Source: an uncultured Spirochaetota bacterium
GTDB lineage: Bacteria; Spirochaetota; Spirochaetia; SZUA-6; Fen-1364
Direction of reading: 5' to 3'
DNA: 64,000 nt
Assembly (NCBI GenBank): GCA_963820525.1
Contig: CAWGAA010000002.1
Coordinates: forward strand, 608,001-672,000
Part shown: positions 28,830-38,864 of the stretch, piece after piece
How positions within the stretch are numbered: position 1 is the first letter of the stretch
Layout: every line of letters starts with the position of its first letter
Made by a program: the position numbers and the translations under genes
The notes under the pieces: generated by a model
What the model was told of the DNA's origin: nothing
Databases searched by the model: none
Seen by the model: only the letters and a program-made list of their open reading frames with translations

Positions 28830-30233
28830 CTAAGCCGAATGACGCACCGCGCCGCCCTGCAGCGCCGCCTTTCTCATCGGAACCATCATCTGCGTCCTGA
28901 TCATCAACGGGAAGCGGCTGCGGATGAGGGGGAGCCCCGTCACAAGCCATGCCAGGCCGGTACCCATCCTCTGAAGGATCCTGCGCTGGGGGAAGTCGTA
29001 GATACCCTGCCGCTTGTACGCCTTGTGATCGGCGCGGAACACGACGCGGAGGTGCGACCAGATGTCATCGCGGAAGATTTTCATTCCCGCAATGCCAAGG
29101 AAGGTGCGCGGCCTGATGTAGCCGGCCTCTGAGAGACGTACCAGCCGCCCGGCGAGCTGCGCCAGTGTCAGGTCCAAGGCTTCGGAGCTTTCCCCCTCGT
29201 CGGAGACGAATGCGACGAGGCTGGAGCGCTGGATTTCGATCCATGCCTCGTACGTCTCCCGAAGCTCCGGGAGCAGGCTCAAGGGGCCGGAGACGAGAAA
29301 CGCAACCTGCTTTCCGACCAGGGACGGCGTGTGGGTGTTGAAGAAGCTCCTGTCGAAGAACTCGCGCCATTTCCAGGAAAGCTGGCGGCTCACGATGGTG
29401 CCCGCGAAAACAATGATGTCCGCCGGCCGGAGGGTCTCGTTGTAGAAATCGATGAAGCCGTCCTTGCCCGTGTAGGCGCAGCGGTATGCCGCCCCGCAGC
29501 GAAGGCATCCCTGGCATCCTCCCTTGATGTCGAGGTCATGGAGGTTTACCACCTGCACCTCGCCGTCCCATGCCTCGCGAAGCCGCGCCGCCATGACCTG
29601 AAGGTTTTCCTGATGCGGCTGTGCGTCACTCAGGATCACAATCTTCTTCCCGGCGGTCGAGGTCCGATTCCCAGGCGTTCCCGGCCGGTAGCGAAGATGA
29701 GTTTTTTCCGGGAGCGCGGCGGAAAGGCGTGGAAACTCGGCATTTTCCGAGATGGCGCGGAAGAAGTCTTCGGCGAACAGCGCCAGCCGCTTCCTCTCTT
29801 CCGCCTTGACGATATCGTCCATTCTCGCCGAGTAGGAGCCCACGAACTTCGACCCCAGGTCTTCGCAGATCGAGCGCATGTACGTGTGTGCGTTTGAATC
29901 GTAGAAGTTGATCGATGTCGAGAGAGTGCATGCGTGCTTTCCAAGGAACGCCGAGGCGGCATTGCGCTTATCGATGAGCTCGATGAACCTCTTGTACTGC
30001 GAGCAGACGAGCAGGATATACAGGGGGAACGCCCAGATGACCCCGTCCGCTGAACGCACTTCCTCAATCACCCGGCTGAAAGCCGCTTCGTCCCTCTCTA
30101 ATTCGCTGATCTTTTGGGCCACTGGCAGCACAACAAACCTGTGTTCTGGAAAAAACTTTTCCAGCAGCAGCACATACTGCCGAGTGACGCTGACCTCCCC
30201 CTTCGGGCTTCCATTTAGTACCACAATCTTCAT
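28830..30233 (-). CDS. Tandem flavodoxin-fold iron-sulfur flavoprotein / NAD(P)H-dependent oxidoreductase
   Basis: MKIVVLNGSPKG; second domain CQGCLRC...C..KD; start after AAGGAGG. Confidence 0.85.
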   Translation of the reverse strand: MKIVVLNGSPKGEVSVTRQYVLLLEKFFPEHRFVVLPVAQKISELERDEAAFSRVIEEVRSADGVIWAFPLYILLVCSQYKRFIELIDKRNAASAFLGKHACTLSTSINFYDSNAHTYMRSICEDLGSKFVGSYSARMDDIVKAEERKRLALFAEDFFRAISENAEFPRLSAALPEKTHLRYRPGTPGNRTSTAGKKIVILSDAQPHQENLQVMAARLREAWDGEVQVVNLHDLDIKGGCQGCLRCGAAYRCAYTGKDGFIDFYNETLRPADIIVFAGTIVSRQLSWKWREFFDRSFFNTHTPSLVGKQVAFLVSGPLSLLPELRETYEAWIEIQRSSLVAFVSDEGESSEALDLTLAQLAGRLVRLSEAGYIRPRTFLGIAGMKIFRDDIWSHLRVVFRADHKAYKRQGIYDFPQRRILQRMGTGLAWLVTGLPLIRSRFPLMIRTQMMVPMRKAALQGGAVRHSA

Positions 30234-30251
30234 GTGGTCCTCCTTGTTTGG

Positions 30252-30276
30252 TAACATCGTTATATTAACGATGTTA
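30252..30276. promoter_or_regulatory. TetR operator upstream of the flavoprotein gene
   Basis: TAACATCGTTA-TAT-TAACGATGTTA, perfect 11-bp inverted repeat. Confidence 0.75.
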
Positions 30277-30315
30277 AGTTTATGGCCTAAAAAAAGGCCT
30301 TTATGCTCGGTCATT

Positions 30316-30900
30316 TTATTTCCTCCCGCTGGCATAAAAGCTAAGGAATACCTCTCGAAGAGTTTCCTTGCTCATACCCTCGGCCGGCGGCAGGATGCCG
30401 GACATCATGAGGGAGGAGAACCCGTGCAGCATGATCCAGCCCATCATTGCCCCGTATCGAGGATCATCCGGGATCCCGCCCGTTTCAGCCATTCTGGCAA
30501 GCGCATCTCGCGCGGCACGGTACGTGTAGTAGAGCACGGGATGATCCGCAAGCCCCTCCGTGCGGTCGTCCAACGGCGCCTCGAAGAGCAGCCGGTAGAA
30601 GTTGGGATTCTCTTCGGCGAATGCGATGTACTCTTTGCCCAGCGCCTTGAGGAAATCCCTTGCGGGAAGCTCGCCGGGGATCGAGCGTATCCGCGCGTTG
30701 AGTATTTCGGCTGCCCTGAGCCTCAGGTTACGCAGGATCTCGTCCTTGCTGGAAAAGTAGTGATAGATAGCGGTTGCGCTCACGCCGATCTTTTTGGCAA
30801 GATTGCGCATGTTGATCCCCTGGTAGCCGGAGGCGACAACCACCTTTTCGGCTTCTTCGAGGATTCGTTTCGGAAGATCGAGGTTTGCAGCTCGTGTCAT
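30316..30900 (-). CDS. TetR family regulator (WHG-type C-terminus)
   Basis: NMRNLAKKIGVSATAIYHYFSSKDEI, WIMLHG. Confidence 0.92.
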   Translation of the reverse strand: MTRAANLDLPKRILEEAEKVVVASGYQGINMRNLAKKIGVSATAIYHYFSSKDEILRNLRLRAAEILNARIRSIPGELPARDFLKALGKEYIAFAEENPNFYRLLFEAPLDDRTEGLADHPVLYYTYRAARDALARMAETGGIPDDPRYGAMMGWIMLHGFSSLMMSGILPPAEGMSKETLREVFLSFYASGRK

Positions 30901-30912
30901 ATTCAACTCAAT

Positions 30913-30950
30913 TAACAGTGTTATTATAACGATGTTAACATATTTGTCAA
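30913..30950 (-). promoter_or_regulatory. tetR promoter with overlapping operator
   Basis: TTGACA (30950-30945), 16 nt, TATAAT (30928-30923); TAACAGTGTTA-TTA-TAACGATGTTA at 30913-30937. Confidence 0.75.
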
Positions 30951-31009
30951 GAGCTTTTTTGCAGATATTCATCTCAGGAGGCGCCGGCCGCGAGCCTCCG
31001 CTCGGATTT

Positions 31010-32047
31010 CTACGCTTTCACCTTTTCCCGGACGAGCAGGTGATTGAGCACGACCGCAATGATGAGCACGCTGCCCTTGGCTAACGTCTGCCAGAATGCG
31101 GGGATGACGGTCATCAGGCCGGTCGTCATGCACATGATGATGAGCGCGCCGACAACCGTCCTCGAAACCCATCCTTCGCCTCCGGAAAAAGCCGTCCCGC
31201 CGAGCAGCACGGCGATGATGCAATCCAGCTCCATGACGTCACCTGAAAGCGGGTCTCCGAGGGACATGTAACTCGCCCGTGCCAGGCCGGCGAGCGCGGC
31301 GAAAAGCCCCACGATGATGTACAAGAGCCACACCCACCGTATCGCATTGATTCCGGACAGCTCAGCCGCCGTGCGGTTGCCGCCGATCGCCGCGGCGTAT
31401 TTCCCGATGATCGTCTTCCTCTGAACGATGACAAGCGCGACGATCACGATCACCGCGACGTAGAATGCCCACGGCAGGCCAAGCAGGACTTCCTTGCGCG
31501 CGTAATCGTTGATCCACGCGGGCATGGGTTTCTCCGGGCTTCCCTTGATGGCCGACAGCCCGTCCGGCACGATCAGCAGCGCAATACCCTTGAAGAGGTT
31601 CAACGTCACGAGCGTCGCGATGACGGGTGTGATTCGCAGCTTCATGACGAGCAGGCCGTTGAGGAAACCGAACGCGATCCCCAGGATCAGAGTGAGCGTG
31701 AGCGCGAAAACGAAGCCGAACCCGTTCAGGATCATCAGCGCGAATACCACCGCGCTCAGGCTCATTGCGCTGCCGACGGACAGGTCGATGTACCCCGAGA
31801 TCATCAGGAGCGTGAATGCGCCGCTCAGCGTGAGGATGGGCACCGCGGCGCGCAACAGGTTGATCACGCTGTCCGGGCTCAGGAAATGTCCCCGCCCGAA
31901 CATGTCCACCTGCCCCAGTTTCACCACGCTGAAGACGATAACGATCAACACAAGGACGACGTAGATATAGAGCTTCTTGAAGTTCGATCGCAATGAATTC
32001 GACCGGTCCATCCGCATGTGCAGTGATTCTTCTCGTGCGCTTTTCAC
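31010..32047 (-). CDS. Sugar ABC transporter permease (RbsC family)
   Basis: IDLSVGS, AIGGNRTAAELSGI, IAVLLGGT; GTG start after AGGAG. Confidence 0.92.
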   Translation of the reverse strand: MKSAREESLHMRMDRSNSLRSNFKKLYIYVVLVLIVIVFSVVKLGQVDMFGRGHFLSPDSVINLLRAAVPILTLSGAFTLLMISGYIDLSVGSAMSLSAVVFALMILNGFGFVFALTLTLILGIAFGFLNGLLVMKLRITPVIATLVTLNLFKGIALLIVPDGLSAIKGSPEKPMPAWINDYARKEVLLGLPWAFYVAVIVIVALVIVQRKTIIGKYAAAIGGNRTAAELSGINAIRWVWLLYIIVGLFAALAGLARASYMSLGDPLSGDVMELDCIIAVLLGGTAFSGGEGWVSRTVVGALIIMCMTTGLMTVIPAFWQTLAKGSVLIIAVVLNHLLVREKVKA

Positions 32048-32060
32048 GTTCCGCGCTCCT

Positions 32061-33089
32061 CTAGCCTTTCCTCTTGTCCAGGGCAAAACGCTGCGCGAGA
32101 ATCGCGATGAATGTCACGACGCCCTTGAGGGTGAATTGCCAGTCCGGCGAGAGCAGGAGCCCGGTGGCGGACGACGTCACCACGGCGAGGATGATCGCGC
32201 CGACGAACATCCCGAGCACCGAGCCGAATCCCCCCGCAATGCTGACGCCTCCGAGCAGCGAGATGACCAGCGCGTCGAACTCATATCCTGTTGCCCGGCT
32301 CGACACGCCCGCCTTGAACTCGGACGCCAGGAGAATTCCCGTGATGCCTGCCAGCAGGGAGCTGGTCAGGTAGAGCAGAGCGAGGTGCCTCTCCACCTTG
32401 ATCCCGGAGAGTCGCGCAGCGACGGCGTTCGCGCCGATCAGGTACGTGCGTCTGCCGGCGACCGTCATCTTTTCCACGATGAAGGCGACAATGACGAGGC
32501 CGATCATGATCAGGACCGCCACTTTAATGGACGTTCCGGGGATGGAGGTATTTCCCAGGACGCCGAAAACGTCGGGAAGGCTCGTGTTTCGCTGGGCGCC
32601 CCGAGTGACGATCTGGGCAATGCCGCGTGAAATCATCATTGTGCCCAGGGTTATGATGATGGAGGGCACCTTCAGCCGAGCGATGAAAAAGGCGTTGACC
32701 GCTCCAATGCCCATGGCGCCCGCCAGGGCAAGTGCGACGGCGATGCCATAGGGTAACCCCAGCCCATTGGCAAGCGCGTTTTGCGAAACGTTGTACCCCT
32801 GGCAGAAATAGACGGAAAGAACGCCCGCCAGCGCGACAACCCCTCCTACCGACATGTCGAAGTTGCCGGTGATCAGCAGGAACGTGACGCCAATGCCCAG
32901 GATGATGACGTACCAGTAGTTCGTGAAGAGATTGACGATGTTCTGCAGCAGGTAGAAGTTCGGCACAACGGCGCAGGCAACGGCGAAAAGGAAGACGAGG
33001 ACGCCGATCATGAACAGGGTGAGGAATGACTCGTTGCTCATCCTGCCCATGATCGTCGTTTTCCGCGCGTTTCTGGTTTCCACGTTCAT
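32061..33089 (-). CDS. Sugar ABC transporter permease (RbsC family)
   Basis: FDMSVGG, IGANAVAARLSGI, GYEFDAL. Confidence 0.92.
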   Translation of the reverse strand: MNVETRNARKTTIMGRMSNESFLTLFMIGVLVFLFAVACAVVPNFYLLQNIVNLFTNYWYVIILGIGVTFLLITGNFDMSVGGVVALAGVLSVYFCQGYNVSQNALANGLGLPYGIAVALALAGAMGIGAVNAFFIARLKVPSIIITLGTMMISRGIAQIVTRGAQRNTSLPDVFGVLGNTSIPGTSIKVAVLIMIGLVIVAFIVEKMTVAGRRTYLIGANAVAARLSGIKVERHLALLYLTSSLLAGITGILLASEFKAGVSSRATGYEFDALVISLLGGVSIAGGFGSVLGMFVGAIILAVVTSSATGLLLSPDWQFTLKGVVTFIAILAQRFALDKRKG

Positions 33090-34576
33090 TCTCCACCCGT
33101 CACGATGTGGATAATCTTCTCGTTGTCGATGTCGCAGCCGTTGCGAAGAGCTGCCTTCATGTGCCCGTCGTACAGGAGATAGATGGTGTCGCAGATGTTC
33201 ATGATCTCGGGCAGCTCCGAGGAGAAAATCATGATGGATTTTCCCTCCTGGGAAAGCCGTCGGATGATCCCATAAATCTCGCTCTTCGCCCCCACGTCGA
33301 TGCCGCGCGTCGGCTCGTCGAGCATGAGCAGGTCAGCGTCCGCAAACAGGCACTTGGAAAATACCACCTTCTGCTGGTTGCCGCCGGAGAGCTTCGAAGC
33401 CTCCTTTTCCGTGCTGGATGTGGCGATCCGGAGCTTGTCGATGTAATCGAGCGTGACTTTTCTCTCGAGCGAGGAATTGACGAACCCGTTTCGCGATATT
33501 TTCCTCATATTCATGACGGGCACGTTGCCCCGGATGGTCAGTATCGTGAAAAGCCCCTGCGATCGTCTCTCTTCCGGCACGAGGGCGATCCCCGCCTCGA
33601 TTGCCTTATCCGGAGAGGGGGGGAGCTTCCTTCCCTTGAAGAGTATCTCGCCTTCGTAGTCGTCCACGCCGTAGATGGCGCGCGCCAGCTCGGTCTTTCC
33701 CGCACCCACAAGGCCATAGAATCCGACGATCTCCCCTTCATGGACATCGAAGGAGATGTCGGAGAGCTTGTGGTTGGAGAGGTTGTGTACCTGGAGGATG
33801 GCATCCTTGCATTCACCCTGTTTCGGCGTGTACTGCTCGAATACGGTCTTTCCGATCATCATCTTGATGAGCTCTGAACGTTCCGTGATCTCTGAGACGG
33901 GCCTCGTATCGATGTGCCTGCCGTCGCGCATGACCGTGACGTAATCTCCGAGCTCGAATATCTCGTCGAGCCTGTGGGAAATATAGATGACGGTCACGTT
34001 CTTCTCGCGAAGGCCCTTCACGATCTTGAACAACCGCGCGATTTCGCTTTCGGAGATCGCCGCCGTCGGCTCGTCCATGATGATGATATCCGACTCCGTG
34101 GCGACCGCTTTCGCAATCTCAACAATCTGCTTTTTTGCCACGCTCAACGTCGCCACCCGCTGCCGCGGGCTGATGGATGGCTCGAGGCTGTTCATGACGC
34201 TGACCATCTTGTTGATCTTGTCCGTTTTTCTCAGGAAGCCGAAGGTCGTGTCTTCCATCCCCAGCGAGAGATTCTCCTCGACGGTGAGCTGATCGACCAC
34301 GTTGAGTTCCTGAAACAGCGTGCTGATTCCTTTTTGCTTCGCGTCTTTCGGGCTGTGCGGGATGTACTCCTGCCCGTTCAGCAGGATCGTGCCGCTCGTC
34401 CGCGGCGTCGCGCCGGTGAGGATCTTGATCAGCGTGGATTTCCCTGCGCCGTTTTCCCCTACCAAGCAATGAACGGTGTTCCTCTTGATGTCGAAACTGA
34501 CCTTGTTGACGGCCCGCACGCTCGGGAAATCCTTCACGAGATCCCTGATTTCCAAGACGTTCCCAGTCAGTTCCAT
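33086..34576 (-). CDS. Sugar ABC transporter ATP-binding protein (RbsA family)
   Basis: GENGAGKST, LSGGNQQKV, DEPTRGIDVGAK. Confidence 0.95.
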   Translation of the reverse strand: MELTGNVLEIRDLVKDFPSVRAVNKVSFDIKRNTVHCLVGENGAGKSTLIKILTGATPRTSGTILLNGQEYIPHSPKDAKQKGISTLFQELNVVDQLTVEENLSLGMEDTTFGFLRKTDKINKMVSVMNSLEPSISPRQRVATLSVAKKQIVEIAKAVATESDIIIMDEPTAAISESEIARLFKIVKGLREKNVTVIYISHRLDEIFELGDYVTVMRDGRHIDTRPVSEITERSELIKMMIGKTVFEQYTPKQGECKDAILQVHNLSNHKLSDISFDVHEGEIVGFYGLVGAGKTELARAIYGVDDYEGEILFKGRKLPPSPDKAIEAGIALVPEERRSQGLFTILTIRGNVPVMNMRKISRNGFVNSSLERKVTLDYIDKLRIATSSTEKEASKLSGGNQQKVVFSKCLFADADLLMLDEPTRGIDVGAKSEIYGIIRRLSQEGKSIMIFSSELPEIMNICDTIYLLYDGHMKAALRNGCDIDNEKIIHIVTGGE

Positions 34577-34595
34577 TTCTCCACTCTATAAGGAT

Positions 34596-34627
34596 GACGG
34601 GAGGAGAGTCCAGGACCTCCTCCCGTC
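34596..34627. other. Intercistronic hairpin after the binding-protein gene
   Basis: GACGGGAGGAG/CTCCTCCCGTC 11-bp stem; typical position for differential mRNA stabilisation. Confidence 0.6.
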
Positions 34628-34662
34628 GGCTTTGGACGCGTGCGGCGTCCATCGTGCGCCCT

Positions 34663-35691
34663 CTATTCGACGTTGGTTCCGAACTGGTCGTTCAGCCACT
34701 TCACCGCTTCGGCGCGCGGCATCGTCCAATAGGAAATGTTGTAAGCCTTGTAGAAGAACTCTTTTGCAGGCTGCGAGGTCGTTTTCACCTTGCCGTTCTT
34801 CACATCCATGATGAGGTCGATCCTGCCGCGGGCGGTCTCCTTCGGCGGCAGACCCATGGAGAGCTTCAGCGAGCTGTTGGGATCGTACACGCTCTTCATT
34901 TCGACTTCGTCGAAGTCGACGCTGCAGACGATTTCCGTCAGCGGCTTGCCGTTGTCGAATTTGCCCCTGCCGGCCTGCGTAAGAGCAGCCATCGTGCCGA
35001 CGGTCAGGTTGGACGCCTCGGAGTAGATGAGGTTCACTTCGGGATGCTGGGTAACGAGGTCCAGGATGATCTGCTTCGCCGCGTCGGGCCCCTTGCTCGC
35101 ATCCTGGCATCCGAGGTTCTTGGCCTTGGGATCAACGGAGAGAACGCCCTTCGCGAAGGGGTCGGTGCGTCCAGACTTCACTTCCACGTGGTTCGGCCAT
35201 CCCAGCTGCACCATGACGATCGGTTTGTCGGCATGCGCTGCTTTCCACTGCTTGGCCATTTCAGCGCCCATCGCGAAAGAAATGCCTGCCTCGTCGCTGC
35301 GTGCGGTCGGAATGCCGGTGTCGGCCAGGGGGCTGAAGAAGGACGTCATGATAATGCCCTTCTTGAGAGCGGCAAGAACGCCGGGCCGCGCCGCTTCAGC
35401 GTCCCAGATGTGAAGTGTAGCCGCGTCCATACCCTGCGCCACGACCTGGTCGATGTTCGCGGTCATCGTCGCGCTGTCAGACTTGCCGTCGAACGCGTAC
35501 ACCTCGGCGCCGTACTTTTCCTTGGCGTACTTCTTCGCCTCGGTGAACTGTGCTTGATGGAACACGTTGCCCAGATCAGATACAAAAAAAGCGATCTTTG
35601 CGGGTTTCGTGGCCTTTTCGCCGCCTCCACTGGCGAAAGCCATGGGGACGATCAAGGCCAGTACAATGATAAGAATTACTGCCCTCTTCAT
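34663..35691 (-). CDS. Sugar ABC transporter substrate-binding protein
   Basis: Signal MKRAVILII..AFASGGGE (spirochaete style), type I periplasmic binding-protein pattern. Confidence 0.9.
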   Translation of the reverse strand: MKRAVILIIVLALIVPMAFASGGGEKATKPAKIAFFVSDLGNVFHQAQFTEAKKYAKEKYGAEVYAFDGKSDSATMTANIDQVVAQGMDAATLHIWDAEAARPGVLAALKKGIIMTSFFSPLADTGIPTARSDEAGISFAMGAEMAKQWKAAHADKPIVMVQLGWPNHVEVKSGRTDPFAKGVLSVDPKAKNLGCQDASKGPDAAKQIILDLVTQHPEVNLIYSEASNLTVGTMAALTQAGRGKFDNGKPLTEIVCSVDFDEVEMKSVYDPNSSLKLSMGLPPKETARGRIDLIMDVKNGKVKTTSQPAKEFFYKAYNISYWTMPRAEAVKWLNDQFGTNVE

Positions 35692-35817
35692 CTTTTCTCC
35701 TCCTCCGGTGTAATTTGTGGAACCGCTCAACATACTTTTTCACTCTCTCCTTCGTTTCGTTCCCGCCTTCTTCTCCCGTCTCCTCCTCCTTTGCACGACG
35801 GCGCACTTTCCGCCGCT

Positions 35818-35870
35818 ATTTTCGCCTGCCAAAACCCATTTGTCAAGAAAAATCCTATTTCAAATATCAA
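35818..35870 (-). promoter_or_regulatory. Promoter/operator of the ABC operon
   Basis: TTGATATTTGAAATAGGATTTTTCTTGACAAATGG; -35 TTGACA, 17 nt, GAAAAT; near-copy at 38750-38784. Confidence 0.7.
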
Positions 35871-36376
35871 CTGATACCTTCGCCGACGATCTTCCTGCGG
35901 CTATCCGAAGAAAATGGGTAGACCGTGCAGTCGTTCATGTACGTCCTCTCGGGCAGCGCGATCAGGCAGTTCACCGCGGAGGTCCCCAAGGCAAAGGGCG
36001 CATGGTGCCAGACGCCCGGTCTCAGGCAGCAGAGGGTGCCCTTCGGCACGAGGAACACCTCAGCCTGCTCGAACGGGAACTCCTTCTCAGGAACGGCCGG
36101 GGCCACGTGCATCAGGATGTCCCCGTCCAGCGGGAGCACGATCTCGCAGCACGTGTCGTGATACTCTGAAACGTCAATGACGAACGGCCTTTTCACGACC
36201 CTGCAGACGCCGAAGGACGCCACGGAGTTCACGCCGAGCTGGGACTGGACCATGTCCCGATAGAACTCGATGGGCTCCGCCCCGAGTTTCGGCCATACGG
36301 GGTTGATCATGTTCGCGTAAGCACCGAACTTCGCGAACCCTTCCATAGTGAGCTTTTTGTACTGGATCGTGCGCAT
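35867..36376 (-). CDS. Ureidoglycolate lyase (AllA)-like cupin protein
   Basis: LTMEGFAKFG, SEYH, LRPGVWHHAPF. Confidence 0.8.
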   Translation of the reverse strand: MRTIQYKKLTMEGFAKFGAYANMINPVWPKLGAEPIEFYRDMVQSQLGVNSVASFGVCRVVKRPFVIDVSEYHDTCCEIVLPLDGDILMHVAPAVPEKEFPFEQAEVFLVPKGTLCCLRPGVWHHAPFALGTSAVNCLIALPERTYMNDCTVYPFSSDSRRKIVGEGIS

Positions 36377-36377
36377 G

Positions 36378-37127
36378 TCAGAACCCGCTCACGTCCTGCG
36401 CGAGCCCGTACACGAGCATTTCAGGCACGCATCCGCCCCGGGTGAGCGCGCAGGTCTGGTAGACCATGTCGGCGAAGTGCTCGGGCCGCACCGCGAGGTT
36501 CTCGTCCCATTCGAACTTGCTCACGCCCTGGGACGCTTTCTGGAAGCCGGTGTTCGACCCGCCGGGCACCAGGAGCGTTACCGCGATCCCGTAGGGCCGC
36601 AACTCGGTATAGAGACACTTGGTGAACGCGTTCACCCCGGCTTTCGCCGCGGAGTAGACCGACCAGCCCGGCCAGGACCGCCGGTCGCACGCGCTTGAAA
36701 CGTTGATGATCTTGCCGAATCCCTGCTTCTTGAATTGGGGCGCGAAGGTCCGGCAGCTCATGATCGCGCTCGTGAGGTTCAGGTCGATGATCCGGCGGTT
36801 CACCTCATCGTCCATTTCCTCGATCGGCGCGACCTTGATCGCGCCGCCCGCGTAGTTGATGAGGAAGTCGACCTTCCCGAAATTGTCCATGCAGTTTTTC
36901 AGAGCGCGGGCGAAGGTCTCGGGTTTCGTCGCGTCGCCTTTGAAGGCGATGACCTTCGATCCCGATTTCTCGCACTTCGCGGCCGTCTCCTTCAGGCCCG
37001 CCTCGTTGATGTCGAACATGACCAGGTTGACCTGGTCGAGCTTCGCAAACAGCTCCGCGGTCGCCTTGGCAAAACCCGAGCCCACGCCCGAAATAACAGC
37101 CACTTTCCCCTTCAAAGAATCGCCCAT
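36378..37127 (-). CDS. SDR family oxidoreductase
   Basis: SGVGSGFA, INYAG, YSAAK. Confidence 0.9.
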   Translation of the reverse strand: MGDSLKGKVAVISGVGSGFAKATAELFAKLDQVNLVMFDINEAGLKETAAKCEKSGSKVIAFKGDATKPETFARALKNCMDNFGKVDFLINYAGGAIKVAPIEEMDDEVNRRIIDLNLTSAIMSCRTFAPQFKKQGFGKIINVSSACDRRSWPGWSVYSAAKAGVNAFTKCLYTELRPYGIAVTLLVPGGSNTGFQKASQGVSKFEWDENLAVRPEHFADMVYQTCALTRGGCVPEMLVYGLAQDVSGF

Positions 37128-37180
37128 GCAATGCACCTCCCTCTCTGCAGCAGTGCTAAGCAGGATGCTCGTCGGATCGG

Positions 37181-37209
37181 ATTATGACATATTGAAAACG
37201 ATTTGTCAA
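37181..37209 (-). promoter_or_regulatory. sigma70 promoter of the SDR-cupin unit
   Basis: TTGACA, 17 nt, CATAAT in an AT-rich patch. Confidence 0.7.
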
Positions 37210-37459
37210 ATGAAATTTTAAATATGGTAAAAGATTTCTCACTCGAATTGAGCCGTCTGGTGGAAGGCACATCATCTGCCGGCTTCCGATCCGGCGCGGA
37301 CCCACTCCTCGACTGCGGCGGACTCGACGTAATTCCTTGTCCAAGCGTACTTAAAACTCCACCATCCCTTTCTTGAGCTTGCCTCAATTTGTTGAGCGTC
37401 TCCCATTCCCCCTTGAGACGTGTGTCCCGCTTGCCTCCCGAAGCGGCGCCGCCCCTCTC

Positions 37460-37488
37460 TTGACATGCCCACAGGGAAGATGTAATTT
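37460..37488 (+). promoter_or_regulatory. Probable promoter of the IclR gene
   Basis: TTGACA, 17 nt, TAATTT. Confidence 0.5.
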
Positions 37489-37535
37489 GATTCGCCGAAG
37501 AGGCTCAGGCGAAAACCTGAGCAGGCAGGAGCATC

Positions 37536-38390
37536 ATGAGAGACAGTAATAGATCCAAGAAACTCAAAAGGGAATACTCGGCGCCGGCCGTCGACAGGGC
37601 TCTGGACATTCTTGAGTTCATGGCGAAACACCCCCGCCCGTACGGAGCGACGGAGCTGTCCCGGTGTCTGAAGATCCCCATCAATTCAGTGTTTCGCATT
37701 CTCAAGAGGCTAACTGAGCGGGAATATACTGTCCAGGATCCTCACTCTGACGGATACCAGTTGAGCACGCGGGTGTTCACTCTCGGCATGAGCCTCTACA
37801 CCCGGTTCGAGCTTCGGCAGCGCGCGCGGCCGCACCTGGAATGGCTGTGCAGAGAGACGGAAGAGACCTGCCAGATCCAGGTGCCTCAGGGAGAAAAGGT
37901 GCTCGTTTTGGACACGGTGAGCCCCGAGGTTGAGTTCTACCTCCGGGTGGTGCCTGGGAGCCTCATCTACTATCATCCGAACGCCTATGGCAAGGCGGTC
38001 CTCGCATTCCTGGACGAAGAGTACGTCAAGCAGATCCTTCCCCCGCGGCTGCCACGCCTGACGCCCAACACCATCGTGCTTCGCAGCGAGCTCATCAAGC
38101 AGCTGGAGGAAGTACGGCGGACGGGGCTTGCCTACGACAATGAGGAGTACACGTCCGGCATCCTTTGCATCGGTGCGCCGGTATTCAACGTCGAGGGCAA
38201 GGTCGTGGCAGGCATGGGGGTCACGGGCCTGATCAGCACCATCGACAAGACGCGGAAGGCGCTCTTCGAGGAGCTTGTCTTGGAAACCGCATACCGGGTC
38301 TCAAAGGACATCGGGTATTCAGGCGAGTTCTATGAAGGGAAAGTGCCCTCGCTGAAGCGATCGGGTGAGCAGCGGGCCGCGGGGTCCTGA
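37536..38390 (+). CDS. IclR family transcriptional regulator
   Basis: PAVDRALDILE, AYGKAVLA, GLAYDNEEYTSGILCIGAPV. Confidence 0.95.
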   Translation: MRDSNRSKKLKREYSAPAVDRALDILEFMAKHPRPYGATELSRCLKIPINSVFRILKRLTEREYTVQDPHSDGYQLSTRVFTLGMSLYTRFELRQRARPHLEWLCRETEETCQIQVPQGEKVLVLDTVSPEVEFYLRVVPGSLIYYHPNAYGKAVLAFLDEEYVKQILPPRLPRLTPNTIVLRSELIKQLEEVRRTGLAYDNEEYTSGILCIGAPVFNVEGKVVAGMGVTGLISTIDKTRKALFEELVLETAYRVSKDIGYSGEFYEGKVPSLKRSGEQRAAGS

Positions 38391-38749
38391 AGCCTGCAAG
38401 GTCCGTCAAGCGGGCGGCATTTCGCCGCAGTGTGCGCCATCCCCGCGATGCTCCCGCACGCCTGAAGTCTCTCCGTGACGGCATGGTTCATCGGCTCTGC
38501 TGTCCATCCCTCAACGTTTGCGATTCTGACGATGCCCATGTGACGGCCTCGGCGAGGCAGGACGCGCGGGGCCGGTCAGGCAGGCCTGCGGAGCGGAGCG
38601 GGCCGAGACACACGGCATCGGCTCGGCTCCAGGCTGTGGCTTAACTCGGTACGCGCCGGGGCGCTTTTTCTATCTGCAAATCGGACGCCTCTCTGCCCAG
38701 TTGCCCCCTTTGAGATTCTTTGCCGGATGGCGCACGCCGTGTTTGGTAT

Positions 38750-38802
38750 TTGATATAAAAAATTTAATTTTTCTTGACAAATGGACTTCCATGCTTCAAA
38801 AT
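38750..38802 (+). promoter_or_regulatory. Promoter/operator of the catabolic operon
   Basis: TTGATATAAAAAATTTAATTTTTCTTGACAAATGG; -35 TTGACA, 17 nt, CAAAAT. Confidence 0.7.
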
Positions 38803-38864
38803 GCAGCCGGACATCAGTTAATGACCATGCCAAGGCCGCGACTGACGGAAGGGAAAGGGCAGTA

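Noticed and set aside
38391..38740. Long intergenic region as a riboswitch or small gene
   Set aside because: No recognisable aptamer motif; the short ORFs have no convincing features
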